In this document: piece after piece, positions 1-8,397 of the stretch | How positions within the stretch are numbered: the first letter of the stretch is position 1 | Layout of the letters: each line of letters opens with the position of its first letter | Virus record (IMG/VR): IMGVR_UViG_3300046788_000219 | Location: 1 to 46,919 of that record | Strand: one strand, 5' to 3' | Length of the DNA: 46,919 nt | From: a virus | Lineage: Duplodnaviria > Caudoviricetes | Translations under genes and position numbers: made by a program | Notes under the pieces: generated by a model | Told to the model about the DNA's origin: nothing | Databases searched by the model: none | What the model saw: the letters and a program-made list of their open reading frames with translations, nothing else

Positions 1-99
1 TTTGCTTGGGTCAACCGCGCATGGCCGCGCGGCTTCCTCGGGTCAAGCAGGATGCTGTTCCGGGCCCGAGGGTTTTTCCTCTAACGCAGAAAGGTTCGA
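1..99 (+). repeat. Terminal direct repeat, copy 1 (circular assembly overlap)
   Basis: Identical to 46807-46905. Confidence 0.95.
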
Positions 100-102
100 A
101 CG

Positions 103-534
103 ATGAGAAATCTCGACACGGCGGACGAACTGGTAAAGCTGGCTGAACGCATTCGCAACGCGGAAGCGAAGACGGCTCCGATCCGCCTGGAAGCGGGCAG
201 CATGACGATCACGGAGGCGGACTCGATTCTTTCGCTCGCCTTCAAAGATCACAGCATCAGCATGGAGTTTCAGCGGAACGCCTGGCGCGAAGCCCCGACC
301 GTCAAGTGGAAGGTCTGGGACGGGAAAACGTGGCATCACGGCCCGACCCTGCGAACGGCGGTGCAGATGGCCATAGCTGGCAAGGACAACGGCGCGGCCG
401 TCGAGGCCGATGCTGCTCTCGGCATTCCGATGATCAAGCCCGGCGAGCCCTGCGGCCACCCCATGATCGAGGATGGCGTTTGCTCGTGCTGCCACGCCGA
501 CATGCGCGCGGCTGTCGTCGGCGCCCCCGGTTGA
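103..534 (+). CDS. Hypothetical early protein with C-terminal Cys/His cluster
   Basis: 143-aa ORF, AAAGG upstream, CGH...CSCC motif, collinear with the early operon. Confidence 0.7.
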   Translation: MRNLDTADELVKLAERIRNAEAKTAPIRLEAGSMTITEADSILSLAFKDHSISMEFQRNAWREAPTVKWKVWDGKTWHHGPTLRTAVQMAIAGKDNGAAVEADAALGIPMIKPGEPCGHPMIEDGVCSCCHADMRAAVVGAPG

Positions 535-568
535 TCGCTCTTTCCCCCAACAGGAAACGGAGGTCCTG

Positions 569-829
569 ATGCTTGTTCTCTCCCGCAAGGAAGGTCAGTC
601 AATCGTGATTCCCTCGCTCGGCATCCAGCTGGTTTTCATCCGCTGCAAGGATGGCCAGTGCCGCGTGGGCATCGAAGCCCCGAGGGAAGTCTCGGTGTAC
701 CGAAACGAAGTCCTTGAGGCGATGCGTGATCGTAAGGATGGGCCGGCTTCGCCTGGGCCGATAAGCCGGATGGGTCAGCCGGATTCCTTTCCCGGAGCGC
801 TGACAACCGGCCAGGCCGTCAAGCCGTGA
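569..829 (+). CDS. csrA: Carbon storage regulator CsrA/RsmA family RNA-binding protein
   Basis: MLVLSRKEGQSIVI...RVGIEAPREVSVYRNEV fits the CsrA signature; GGAGG RBS before ATG 569. Confidence 0.93.
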   Translation: MLVLSRKEGQSIVIPSLGIQLVFIRCKDGQCRVGIEAPREVSVYRNEVLEAMRDRKDGPASPGPISRMGQPDSFPGALTTGQAVKP

Positions 830-926
830 GTGGCGGCAATCGAGCGCATGTGAGATCCGCTTGCCGTCGCGGATGCAAAACCACGGTGACGGCTGCTTTC
901 TTCAACCCTGTTTCACGGAGGATCGA

Positions 927-1217
927 ATGATCAAGCCAACAGTTGGCCGCGTGGTCTGGTTCTATCGGTTCAGCGGAGCCGGGCTCGGGCATTCTGGACC
1001 CCTTGCCGCGCACGTGGCCAAGGTCCATTCGGATCGGATGCTCAACGTCATGGTGATAAACGAGACGGGGACGCCGTTCGCCGCCCCTTCGGTCCCGTTG
1101 ATCCAGGACGGCGAAGAGGTTCCTGCGAGCGATTACTGCTGCTGGATGCCCTACCAGATTGGACAGGCGGCGAAGACAGAAGTGGCCGAAAAGGCGATCG
1201 CTGCCGGCACGTTGTAG
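927..1217 (+). CDS. Conserved phage hypothetical protein (KPTVGRVVWFY type)
   Basis: GGAGGA RBS, ATG 927; N-terminal motif recalled from many phage proteins. Confidence 0.75.
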   Translation: MIKPTVGRVVWFYRFSGAGLGHSGPLAAHVAKVHSDRMLNVMVINETGTPFAAPSVPLIQDGEEVPASDYCCWMPYQIGQAAKTEVAEKAIAAGTL

Positions 1218-1253
1218 GTTTCCCGATCTCTGTTTTTCACGGAGGATTGCGAC

Positions 1254-1394
1254 ATGCGGAAGGTTCTGATTCTGGCCCTGGTGGCCGCCTGGTTCCTGTC
1301 GGTGGCCGGCGAGGCGTCCGCTCGGTGCGGGCGCGGGTTGTTCCGGCATCGCTGCGGTGGGCGTATTCACCTTTTCCATCGGCACTGCCGCTAA
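1254..1394 (+). CDS. Small exported peptide, 46 aa (not in the ORF track)
   Basis: GGAGGA RBS; MRKVLILALVAAWFLSVAGEASA|RCGRGLFRHRCGGRIHLFHRHCR has a signal peptide with an A-S-A site. Confidence 0.75.
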   Translation: MRKVLILALVAAWFLSVAGEASARCGRGLFRHRCGGRIHLFHRHCR

Positions 1395-1473
1395 CCACGA
1401 GTTTCCCCGGCCCGGCTGAAAGCGTTTGGGCGAGATGCGGACGGCCGGGTCTGGGGAATTCTGAGGAGTAACG

Positions 1474-1818
1474 ATGACGACGAAGCGGTTCCACACGGCG
1501 TCCGTGCTCACATTGATTGACGGCATTGTTTATGAGGAATTCGGCAAGGTTTGTGAACTCGCTGAGTGGGTGATGGGCCATCCGATCTGGACACACGAGT
1601 ACGCCGATCGTGACTTGGCCGCACGAATCAAGTCAGCACTGGTCAAGCAGCATCCGAAGCTGGCCGACTTCGCCAAGGGCAGCGAGGAGCACTGGAAGGA
1701 TGCGTTGGCCCGCGCCGAGAAAACCTACGGCAAAACCCTGTTGATCACGAAGGGCGATGAAGAACGCATGGAAGGGCCATTGACCTCACTCCAACGCATC
1801 ATCGGAGACAAGCCATGA
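1474..1818 (+). CDS. Hypothetical protein
   Basis: GAGGAG RBS, 114 aa, ATGA-coupled to the next gene. Confidence 0.8.
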   Translation: MTTKRFHTASVLTLIDGIVYEEFGKVCELAEWVMGHPIWTHEYADRDLAARIKSALVKQHPKLADFAKGSEEHWKDALARAEKTYGKTLLITKGDEERMEGPLTSLQRIIGDKP

Positions 1819-2036
1819 AGCCCTGGTTATTGGAACACCTGGAAGCCTCGCAAGGCTGGCTGATCGACGGCCGCTATGCGACCGAAGACGAGGCCACCTA
1901 CCAGAAGCGGACGACGCCGAGCGTCTACCAGCGGCGCGTGCGCCTCGCCCTGGTGAATGTGCCCATCGCCGGGGGCGCGATGCGCACGGTGGAATCGGAG
2001 CGGTTTCGCAGGGCATGCGGGAGGGTTTCGTCATGA
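1815..2036 (+). CDS. Hypothetical protein
   Basis: GGAG RBS, ATGA overlaps at both ends. Confidence 0.7.
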   Translation: MKPWLLEHLEASQGWLIDGRYATEDEATYQKRTTPSVYQRRVRLALVNVPIAGGAMRTVESERFRRACGRVSS

Positions 2037-2860
2037 TCGCCACCGCGAACCCCGCAATCTGGCACTGCTCAAATTCGGCCTACCATGCCGAGCGTGAGCA
2101 TGAGTCGTCGTCAACGCTCTCCTGCTTCATCCAGTCCCGCCCGCTCTACCACGGACGTTTCGTGCTGGGCACGATCCCGCGCGACGAGCCGACCCAGGCC
2201 ATGCAGCTCGGCACGGGTCTGCACATCCGCCGGCTTGAACCGGATCTATGGAACGAGTCGGTTTCCATCCGGCCCGAGATGGATCGCCGCACGAAACTCG
2301 GCAAGATTCAGTTGGAGCGATTCTGCGAACAGTCCGCCGGCAAGACGATCCTCCTGCCCGATCAAGTCGAAACCATCGACCGCATGAACGCGGCTATCGA
2401 CGCCAACCTCTTCGCCCGCGACCTGTTCGCCGCGCCCGGCCAGAGCGAATTTAGCCTCCGCTGGGAGCTAGAAGGCGTGCGCGTCAAAACGCGGATCGAC
2501 CGCTGGCTGGACGCCGCCATCGTCGTGGACCTGAAGACGACGACGGACCCGAGCCCCGAGGCGTTCAGCCGTGACGCCTACCGCTACGGTTATCACCGGC
2601 AGGCCTGGCTTTACCGGGAATCAGTGCGAAGCGTCTTCGGCGGCCACGGCGCGGATGCAGAGTTCCTGCACGTCGTTTGCGGGAGCGAGCCACCCTACGA
2701 GTGCCATGTCTACGAGCTGGACGACAGGGCCCTTGCGCTGGGCGAGCGGGAGATCGTCGAGGCGCTCCACGATCTACGGCATTGCCGGGAAACCGGGAAT
2801 TGGTCCAGCCCTCTCAGCGGACGCATCAACAAACTGAGCCTTCCCAAATGGGCATTTTGA
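2033..2860 (+). CDS. RecE/exonuclease VIII-like PD-(D/E)XK nuclease (DUF3799-like)
   Basis: AMQLGTGLH, KTRID, VVDLKTT, YGYHRQAWLY motifs; upstream of an annealing protein. Confidence 0.85.
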   Translation: MIATANPAIWHCSNSAYHAEREHESSSTLSCFIQSRPLYHGRFVLGTIPRDEPTQAMQLGTGLHIRRLEPDLWNESVSIRPEMDRRTKLGKIQLERFCEQSAGKTILLPDQVETIDRMNAAIDANLFARDLFAAPGQSEFSLRWELEGVRVKTRIDRWLDAAIVVDLKTTTDPSPEAFSRDAYRYGYHRQAWLYRESVRSVFGGHGADAEFLHVVCGSEPPYECHVYELDDRALALGEREIVEALHDLRHCRETGNWSSPLSGRINKLSLPKWAF

Positions 2861-2873
2861 AAGGAACCCGACC

Positions 2874-3857
2874 ATGAATGACACCCTCGTTCAACCCGTG
2901 CCCCAGCGCCGGGACCTGGTGACCGCAAGCCAGGGCAGCCAAAACATCGGCTTCACCGGCGCCGCCGACTTCGCGCTTACCCTGCGCGTCGCGGATTGCC
3001 TGTCGAAAAGCGAACTGGTTCCCGACTCCTACCGTGGCGAGAAGGGCTTCTCGAACTGCGTCGTCGCCCTCGAGCTGTCGGCCCGGCTGGGCATCTCCTG
3101 GATGGCCGTGATGCAGAATCTATACGTCGTCTACGGCCGCCCGGCCTGGATGAGTTCCTTCCTGATCGCGAACGTCAACGGCTGCGGACGGTTTCACTCG
3201 CTCCGCTTCGATCTTGAGGGCCAGGGCGAGAGCCGGGCCTGTACGGCCTGGACGTGCGAGAAGTCCGTCAAAATTCCGGCGAACGTGCGCACGCTGGCCC
3301 AGGCGAAGGCCGCGGATCTTCCCGTCCTCGAGGGTGCCACGATCACCTGGAAGATGGTGGTTGCGGAAGGCTGGCATTCGAAGAAGGGCAGCAAGTGGGT
3401 GACGATGCCCGATCAGATGTTTCGCTACCGGGCTGCGTCGTTCTGGTCGCGCGTCTACGCACCCGAGCTGACCATGGGTATTCGGACGGTCGAAGAGATG
3501 GACGACGCGCCCTTGACCGTCGCCAGCGAGGATCGGACCCAGGCCGTGCGGGACAAGCTGATCGCCAACGCGGCGACCGTGACATCCGTTCTGGCGGAGC
3601 CTCACGCGGACGAGGCTCCTGGCTCTGAGGAGAAAGGCTCCGGCCATGCCTCGCCCGACGAGCCGCCCAGCCGGAGCGATCCCGGCTTCGTCCGGCTCAT
3701 GCTGATCGACCTATTCAGCAAGGCCGACAGCAGCGCCGCCGCAACCGCAGCCGTCGAGCAGGCCGACAAGTTCACGAAGTTCGGGCCCAAGTGGCGCGCG
3801 GGGCTCAATCCGCAGATCGAGGCCATGTGGAAGCGGGTTGAAGGATCGGGGGAGTAG
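2874..3857 (+). CDS. RecT/Redbeta-like single-strand annealing protein
   Basis: SELVPDSYRG, VMQNLYVVYGRPAW, SKWVTMPDQMFRYRAASFW motifs; paired with the exonuclease. Confidence 0.8.
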   Translation: MNDTLVQPVPQRRDLVTASQGSQNIGFTGAADFALTLRVADCLSKSELVPDSYRGEKGFSNCVVALELSARLGISWMAVMQNLYVVYGRPAWMSSFLIANVNGCGRFHSLRFDLEGQGESRACTAWTCEKSVKIPANVRTLAQAKAADLPVLEGATITWKMVVAEGWHSKKGSKWVTMPDQMFRYRAASFWSRVYAPELTMGIRTVEEMDDAPLTVASEDRTQAVRDKLIANAATVTSVLAEPHADEAPGSEEKGSGHASPDEPPSRSDPGFVRLMLIDLFSKADSSAAATAAVEQADKFTKFGPKWRAGLNPQIEAMWKRVEGSGE

Positions 3858-3864
3858 CGAGCCG

Positions 3865-4575
3865 ATGTACGACCACGAGGAATTCGGGCAGCTGCAGCGG
3901 TCGATTCTGGCGAACCCGGGGGACGCATACCTGCGCGACATCGCCGGAGACTGGCTGGAGGAACGCGGTATAGATCCGCACAAGGCGCGTGAGGTGATCG
4001 AGCCGCCGACCTTCAGCCAGTTTTTGCCTGAGGAATATTGCGGCAGCGGCATCGGCAGCGGCATCGGCATCGGCATCGGCAGAGGCAGCGGCATCGGCAT
4101 CGGCAGAGGCAGCGGCATCGGCAGAGGCATCGGCAGCGGCATCGGCATCGGCAGCGGCAGAGGCATCGGCAGCGGCAGCGGCATCGGCATCGGCAGAGGC
4201 ATCGGCAGCGGCATCGGCATCGGCAGAGGCATCGGCAGCGGCAGAGGCATCGGCAGCGGCAGCGGCAGCGGCATCGGCATCGGCAGGGAGACAATCATGG
4301 AAGTCGGCAAAGCCTACTTGATTTCAACGGTCGATTGGTTCGCCTGGGTCGGCCGCGTCAAGCGGCAAATCGGGCCGTGGGAGTACGAAATGGAATCGTG
4401 CTCGAAGATCCGCGAGACGACCAACGGCGACAATTGGGAAGCGCTCGCCGCCGGCGACAAGGCCGCGCGGAAGGCGTGCGAATACCGCCATTACACGACG
4501 CCCGTGATTCTGGGGATGGGGGCTGTCGCGAAGGTGCTATGGGTCGGGCAGACGCCGCAAGAGGCTGGGTTGTAA
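3865..4575 (+). CDS. TIGR02996-like domain + (Gly-X)41 repeat + C-terminal globular domain
   Basis: ILANPGDAYLRDIAGDWLEERG resembles the Gemmata repeat-companion domain; GGGGAG RBS. Confidence 0.75.
   Translation: MYDHEEFGQLQRSILANPGDAYLRDIAGDWLEERGIDPHKAREVIEPPTFSQFLPEEYCGSGIGSGIGIGIGRGSGIGIGRGSGIGRGIGSGIGIGSGRGIGSGSGIGIGRGIGSGIGIGRGIGSGRGIGSGSGSGIGIGRETIMEVGKAYLISTVDWFAWVGRVKRQIGPWEYEMESCSKIRETTNGDNWEALAAGDKAARKACEYRHYTTPVILGMGAVAKVLWVGQTPQEAGL
4042..4287 (+). repeat. 41 hexamer units GGC-(ATC/AGC/AGA)
   Basis: Read directly; last unit is GGCAGG. Confidence 0.95.
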
Positions 4576-4611
4576 GGAAGGCAAAGGCTCGATTTGGAAG
4601 GAAAGGATTCC

Positions 4612-5433
4612 ATGGCAGGCGATTGGATTCCAGCTTGCAAGGGTCTGACACGCAAGCGCGAAGTCGTTGTGATAGCGGCGGCTACCGGCCGGTCGCGCCA
4701 CGAGGTGGCCGGGCTTCTGCTCGACTTCTGGGAATGGGCAGACGGGGAATCGGTCGATGGATCGATCCCCGGCGTTAGCCTATCCCAACTCACAAGCATC
4801 ATCGGTGCCGACCTGGTTTTCTGGAACTCAGTCGTCGCCACAGGATGGCTTGAGACTCACGACTCGGAAGGTCTTATCGTCCCCAACTTCGACCGCTGGC
4901 TGGGCAATTCCGCCAAGAGCCGTCTAGTTGAGACTCGGCGAAAACAAGCCTACCGATCTCGGGACGAAGTTGTCCCGGATTTGTCCCAGAAAAAACGGGA
5001 CAAAAACGGGACTACAGAAGAGAAGAGAAGAGAAGAGAAGAGGGAAGAAAAAACCCCCCGCGCGTGCGATCCTCCTGCACCCGTACCTGTGCAGCACGCA
5101 CCATACGCGGCCACCGAGCCGCTTTCGGCTTCGGAGTTTGCCGACAGTGCGGAGGATCTAGCCCAAGCGTTCGCCAGCGTTTCCGCCTGCCCGTCCCGGT
5201 CGATCGAGAAGGACCCGCGCGAAGTAACGCCGACCATGCGCGACATCCTAACTCGCGCCCCGGCCTCGGAGATCCGCGACGCCATCAACGCTCCGGGCCG
5301 GGCGAAAACCGAAAAACTCTGGCAGTTTGCGCGGCGGTGGGAACGTCCTCCCGCGCGCGCCGCGCCGGAAAATCTGAGCTATTCCGGCCTCAAGAAATTC
5401 GCCGCAAACGGGGCTTCCCATGACACGAGCTGA
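4612..5433 (+). CDS. Phage replication initiator (lambda O-like organisation)
   Basis: MAGDWI N-terminus, PNFDRW, central EEKRREEKREEK linker overlapping iteron-like repeats. Confidence 0.75.
   Translation: MAGDWIPACKGLTRKREVVVIAAATGRSRHEVAGLLLDFWEWADGESVDGSIPGVSLSQLTSIIGADLVFWNSVVATGWLETHDSEGLIVPNFDRWLGNSAKSRLVETRRKQAYRSRDEVVPDLSQKKRDKNGTTEEKRREEKREEKTPRACDPPAPVPVQHAPYAATEPLSASEFADSAEDLAQAFASVSACPSRSIEKDPREVTPTMRDILTRAPASEIRDAINAPGRAKTEKLWQFARRWERPPARAAPENLSYSGLKKFAANGASHDTS
4961..5053. promoter_or_regulatory. Candidate replication origin (iterons)
   Basis: TTGTCCC x2 (4970, 4981), AAAAACGGGAC x2 (4991, 5002), GGGAC at 4961, AGAAG x5 (5016-5040), all inside the initiator gene. Confidence 0.6.
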
Positions 5434-5995
5434 CTGGGTTCTCGTCGCCGCATACATTTCGGCGGCCGTGGTTAAGGACTTCACCGAGCACCAGGCCGAA
5501 GTTTACTTCGACCTGCTGCAAGACTTACCGACTGCAGCGGTCCAGATCGCGGCGAAGCAGTGCCTGCTCGAAAGCATTTACCCGACGATCCCAACCGTCG
5601 GGGCGATTCGGAAAGCAGCGACGGCCGCGGCGACTGGTTCGCATCGTCTGCCGCTGGCGATCGAGGCCTGGGAATCCGCTTTTTGGGCCGTCGGGCGCTA
5701 CGGTCTTTCGCGGGAACGCGAAGCCCTGGCGACGATGCCGCCGGCCGTTGCGAAGGCTGTTCGGGCGATCGGTTGGCGGGCTCTTTGCGACACGAAACTG
5801 GACGATCTGGACACGCTCCGAGCCCATTTTCTGAAAGCCTACGAAGCCATGGCGGCGCGAGATCAGCGGCAAGGGTTGCTGCCGAACAGCCTGAAAGAAA
5901 CGATCGAGGCAATCGGCATCGACGCCCAGCCGGCGCCGCTCGACAACCGAACCGGGGCCGAGATTTTGAAGGGTTTGCGTCTTCTCAACACCTGA
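5420..5995 (+). CDS. Putative helicase loader/inhibitor (G39P-like)
   Basis: YFDLLQDL, PTVGAIR, AIEAW, AIGWRALC, RAHFLKAYE; directly follows the initiator. Confidence 0.6.
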   Translation: MTRADWVLVAAYISAAVVKDFTEHQAEVYFDLLQDLPTAAVQIAAKQCLLESIYPTIPTVGAIRKAATAAATGSHRLPLAIEAWESAFWAVGRYGLSREREALATMPPAVAKAVRAIGWRALCDTKLDDLDTLRAHFLKAYEAMAARDQRQGLLPNSLKETIEAIGIDAQPAPLDNRTGAEILKGLRLLNT

Positions 5996-6009
5996 AAAGG
6001 AGTCTCCCA

Positions 6010-6534
6010 ATGTCCACGTACTACCAGGAATGCGACAGCGACACGATCGAGATGGCCGCGCGGCTGATCCTCAAAAACCACGAGGAAATCCGCAAGGCGG
6101 ACGTCTCGATCACCTACCTCTTCGCCGCGAACGAGGAAGGTCCGGCGCTCGTTCATGCGGGCTGGCCGGCGAAGGCGATCGTGAAGATCAACAGCCTCCG
6201 CGATCGCGTGGCCGGTCTCAAGGATGTGACGATCTGCCTGGATGGGGGCGGAGACGGCTGGAAGGAATGGACGAAGCAGCATCGCCTGGCCGTGCTCGAT
6301 CACGAGCTGCATCACATCGAAGTCCGCAAGAACAAGGTCGGCGCGTTCATGTACGACGACGCGAACCGGCCGAAGATCCGGCTGCGGAAGCATGATTTCC
6401 AGTTCGGCGGCTTCCATCTGATGGCCTCGCGGCACGGCGAGCATTCGGGCGAGGTGTTGGCCGTGCGCCATGTCGAAGAGGTTTGGTCGCAGGGCGTGTT
6501 TAATTTCGCGCGTGAAGTGGCCGGGAAGGAGTAA
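6010..6534 (+). CDS. Putative phage metallopeptidase
   Basis: AVLDHELHH (HExxH) and LRKHD; AGGAG RBS. Confidence 0.8.
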   Translation: MSTYYQECDSDTIEMAARLILKNHEEIRKADVSITYLFAANEEGPALVHAGWPAKAIVKINSLRDRVAGLKDVTICLDGGGDGWKEWTKQHRLAVLDHELHHIEVRKNKVGAFMYDDANRPKIRLRKHDFQFGGFHLMASRHGEHSGEVLAVRHVEEVWSQGVFNFAREVAGKE

Positions 6535-6562
6535 CCCCGGCGCCGCCGGCGAAAGGAAGCGA

Positions 6563-7417
6563 ATGAAGATTTCGGCTCTTGCACCCTGGTTCGGCAGCAA
6601 GCGGACGCTGGCGCCGCGCATCGTTGAGGCCTTGGGGAAGCATCGCTGCTATTGGGAGCCGTTCTGCGGATCGTGTGCGGTACTGTTCTCGAAAAAGCGT
6701 TGCACTTACGAGACGGTCAACGATCTGCACACGGACTTGATCAACCTCGCGCTTGTCGTCCAGGGCGAGAAGACGGCTCTCGACCTCTACGGCCGAGTGA
6801 ATCGCTGTCTGTTTCACGAGGCGTTGCTTCCGATCGCTAAGGCGTTCCTGATCGGCCGGGAGATTGAGCCCGGCACGCCCGACGTCGAGCGGGCCTACTG
6901 GTATATCGTTTTTTCGTGGATGGGCCTGAATGGCGTCTCGGGCACGCCGCTTTCGCATACGGGGACATTTGCCGTCCGCTATTCGGCGAACGGTGGCAAC
7001 GGCGCCACGCGGTGGGAATCAGTCTGCGAATCATTGCCAGAGTGGCATCGTCGGCTTGTGGGTGTGCAGATTCTGAATCGGGACGCGATCACGGTTCTTG
7101 AGAGACTCGACGACGCCGAAGGAACGGCGGTTTACATCGATCCGCCCTACTTCACCAAAGGGGCGAAGTATGTTCACGACTTCGCGGCCGATGATCATGC
7201 GCGGCTTGCCGCGGCGATCAAGCGTTTCGAACGGTGCAGGATCGTGGTGAGCTATTACGACCATCCTAAGCTCGAGGAGCTTTATCCGGATTGGCAGAAG
7301 ATCGATTGCGCTCTCGTCAAATCGATGATCAACCCAGGGCGAAATAAAGGCGAAGGGACCACGGTTGCGCCGGAGGTCCTGCTCGTCAACGGGCACGCCG
7401 AAAGGATGCTCTTCTAA
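6563..7417 (+). CDS. dam: DNA adenine methyltransferase (Dam/D12 class)
   Basis: PWFGSK, EPFCGS, VNDL, YIDPPY motifs; recognition site unknown. Confidence 0.88.
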   Translation: MKISALAPWFGSKRTLAPRIVEALGKHRCYWEPFCGSCAVLFSKKRCTYETVNDLHTDLINLALVVQGEKTALDLYGRVNRCLFHEALLPIAKAFLIGREIEPGTPDVERAYWYIVFSWMGLNGVSGTPLSHTGTFAVRYSANGGNGATRWESVCESLPEWHRRLVGVQILNRDAITVLERLDDAEGTAVYIDPPYFTKGAKYVHDFAADDHARLAAAIKRFERCRIVVSYYDHPKLEELYPDWQKIDCALVKSMINPGRNKGEGTTVAPEVLLVNGHAERMLF

Positions 7418-7599
7418 TGACCGACCCCGAATTCCGCTCCCTGGTGAAGCTCATGCGATCGAAGCAAAAGGAGTATTTCCGCACCCGGGATCAGGCCCTG
7501 ATCAGCCATTGCCGCGACCTCGAGCGGAGGGTGGATGAGGCCCTCTTGCCGCCGAAGCCGGCCGGGTTGTTCGATGCGAAATCGGAGGGCTCGCCGTGA
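7417..7599 (+). CDS. Hypothetical protein
   Basis: Coupled start/stop; MRSKQKEYFRTR motif. Confidence 0.7.
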   Translation: MTDPEFRSLVKLMRSKQKEYFRTRDQALISHCRDLERRVDEALLPPKPAGLFDAKSEGSP

Positions 7600-8087
7600 G
7601 GCTGACCTTCACCATCCGCGCCCTGCCGATCGCCCAACCCCGCCAGCGCGTGCGCGTCGTGCGTACCAAGGTCGGCCGCACGTTCGCCCAGAACTACACG
7701 CCGACGAGGGACCCCGTGAACGCCTTCAAGGCGAGTTTGCAGCAGGCGGCGGCCGAAGTCTTCCCGGGCCCGCTGCTCGATCGCCCGCTGGCCGTCGAGC
7801 TGCTATTCGTCTTCCCGCGCCCGGCGAATCTGGTCTGGAAGAAGCGAGCCATGCCGCGGCAGTGGCACGGGAAACGGCCGGACGCGGAGAACGTGGCTAA
7901 GGCCGTGATGGATGCGTTGACGAACGTGGTGTGGAAGGACGATGCCCAGGTGGCCCAGCTGCTGCTGCGGAAGGTGTATGCAGCGGGAGAAGAGGCGCCG
8001 AGCGTGACCGTGAGCGTCGAGGAGTTGGCGCCGATTGATGCGCCGTGTGAACCGGAGGGGGAGCAGGGAGGGTTGTTTGATGCGTGA
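7596..8087 (+). CDS. rusA: Holliday junction resolvase RusA
   Basis: RPDAENVAKAVMDALTNVVWKDDAQV. Confidence 0.92.
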   Translation: MRLTFTIRALPIAQPRQRVRVVRTKVGRTFAQNYTPTRDPVNAFKASLQQAAAEVFPGPLLDRPLAVELLFVFPRPANLVWKKRAMPRQWHGKRPDAENVAKAVMDALTNVVWKDDAQVAQLLLRKVYAAGEEAPSVTVSVEELAPIDAPCEPEGEQGGLFDA

Positions 8088-8328
8088 AAAAACTTACAAG
8101 GCTACCTCTCTGACCGGGGCACAGACGCAGGTTAGAAGACTTCGCCGACAGCGCCGTGAACTGGTCAAGTTGGTCGAACTCTACAACTTTCAGCGACAGC
8201 AACTCGCCAAGCTCGCGGCGGATGGTCCGTGCTTTGACAACCCTCTGATCGTCTGGGAAGCGAAAAGAATTCGCGACCGGATATTAAAGGACATGGGATT
8301 GCGTGCTGATGGTAAGTTCCTGACCTGA
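8080..8328 (+). CDS. Hypothetical protein
   Basis: GGGAGG RBS, overlaps the rusA stop. Confidence 0.65.
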   Translation: MREKTYKATSLTGAQTQVRRLRRQRRELVKLVELYNFQRQQLAKLAADGPCFDNPLIVWEAKRIRDRILKDMGLRADGKFLT

Positions 8329-8358
8329 TTTCCCCCCGGACTCCGCCCCCCCTTATCC

Positions 8359-8384
8359 TCGCCGGCTGCCAACCGGCGATTTTT
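8359..8384 (+). terminator. Intrinsic terminator between replication and packaging modules
   Basis: TCGCCGG-7-nt loop-CCGGCGA followed by TTTTT. Confidence 0.6.
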
Positions 8385-8397
8385 GTTTGGTGTTTCC

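Noticed and set aside
1-99. Biological terminal repeat of the virion DNA
   Set aside because: 99 bp matches a common assembler k-mer overlap and cannot be distinguished from a circular assembly
4042-4287. Possible CRISPR array
   Set aside because: 6-nt units with no spacers; no cas genes
3711-4778. (RQRH)n, (CR)n and (PMPL)n ORFs over the hexamer repeat
   Set aside because: Alternative frames of the repeat; only the Gly-X frame has an RBS and globular flanks
6563-7417. Restriction-modification system
   Set aside because: No cognate endonuclease nearby; orphan methyltransferases are common in phages
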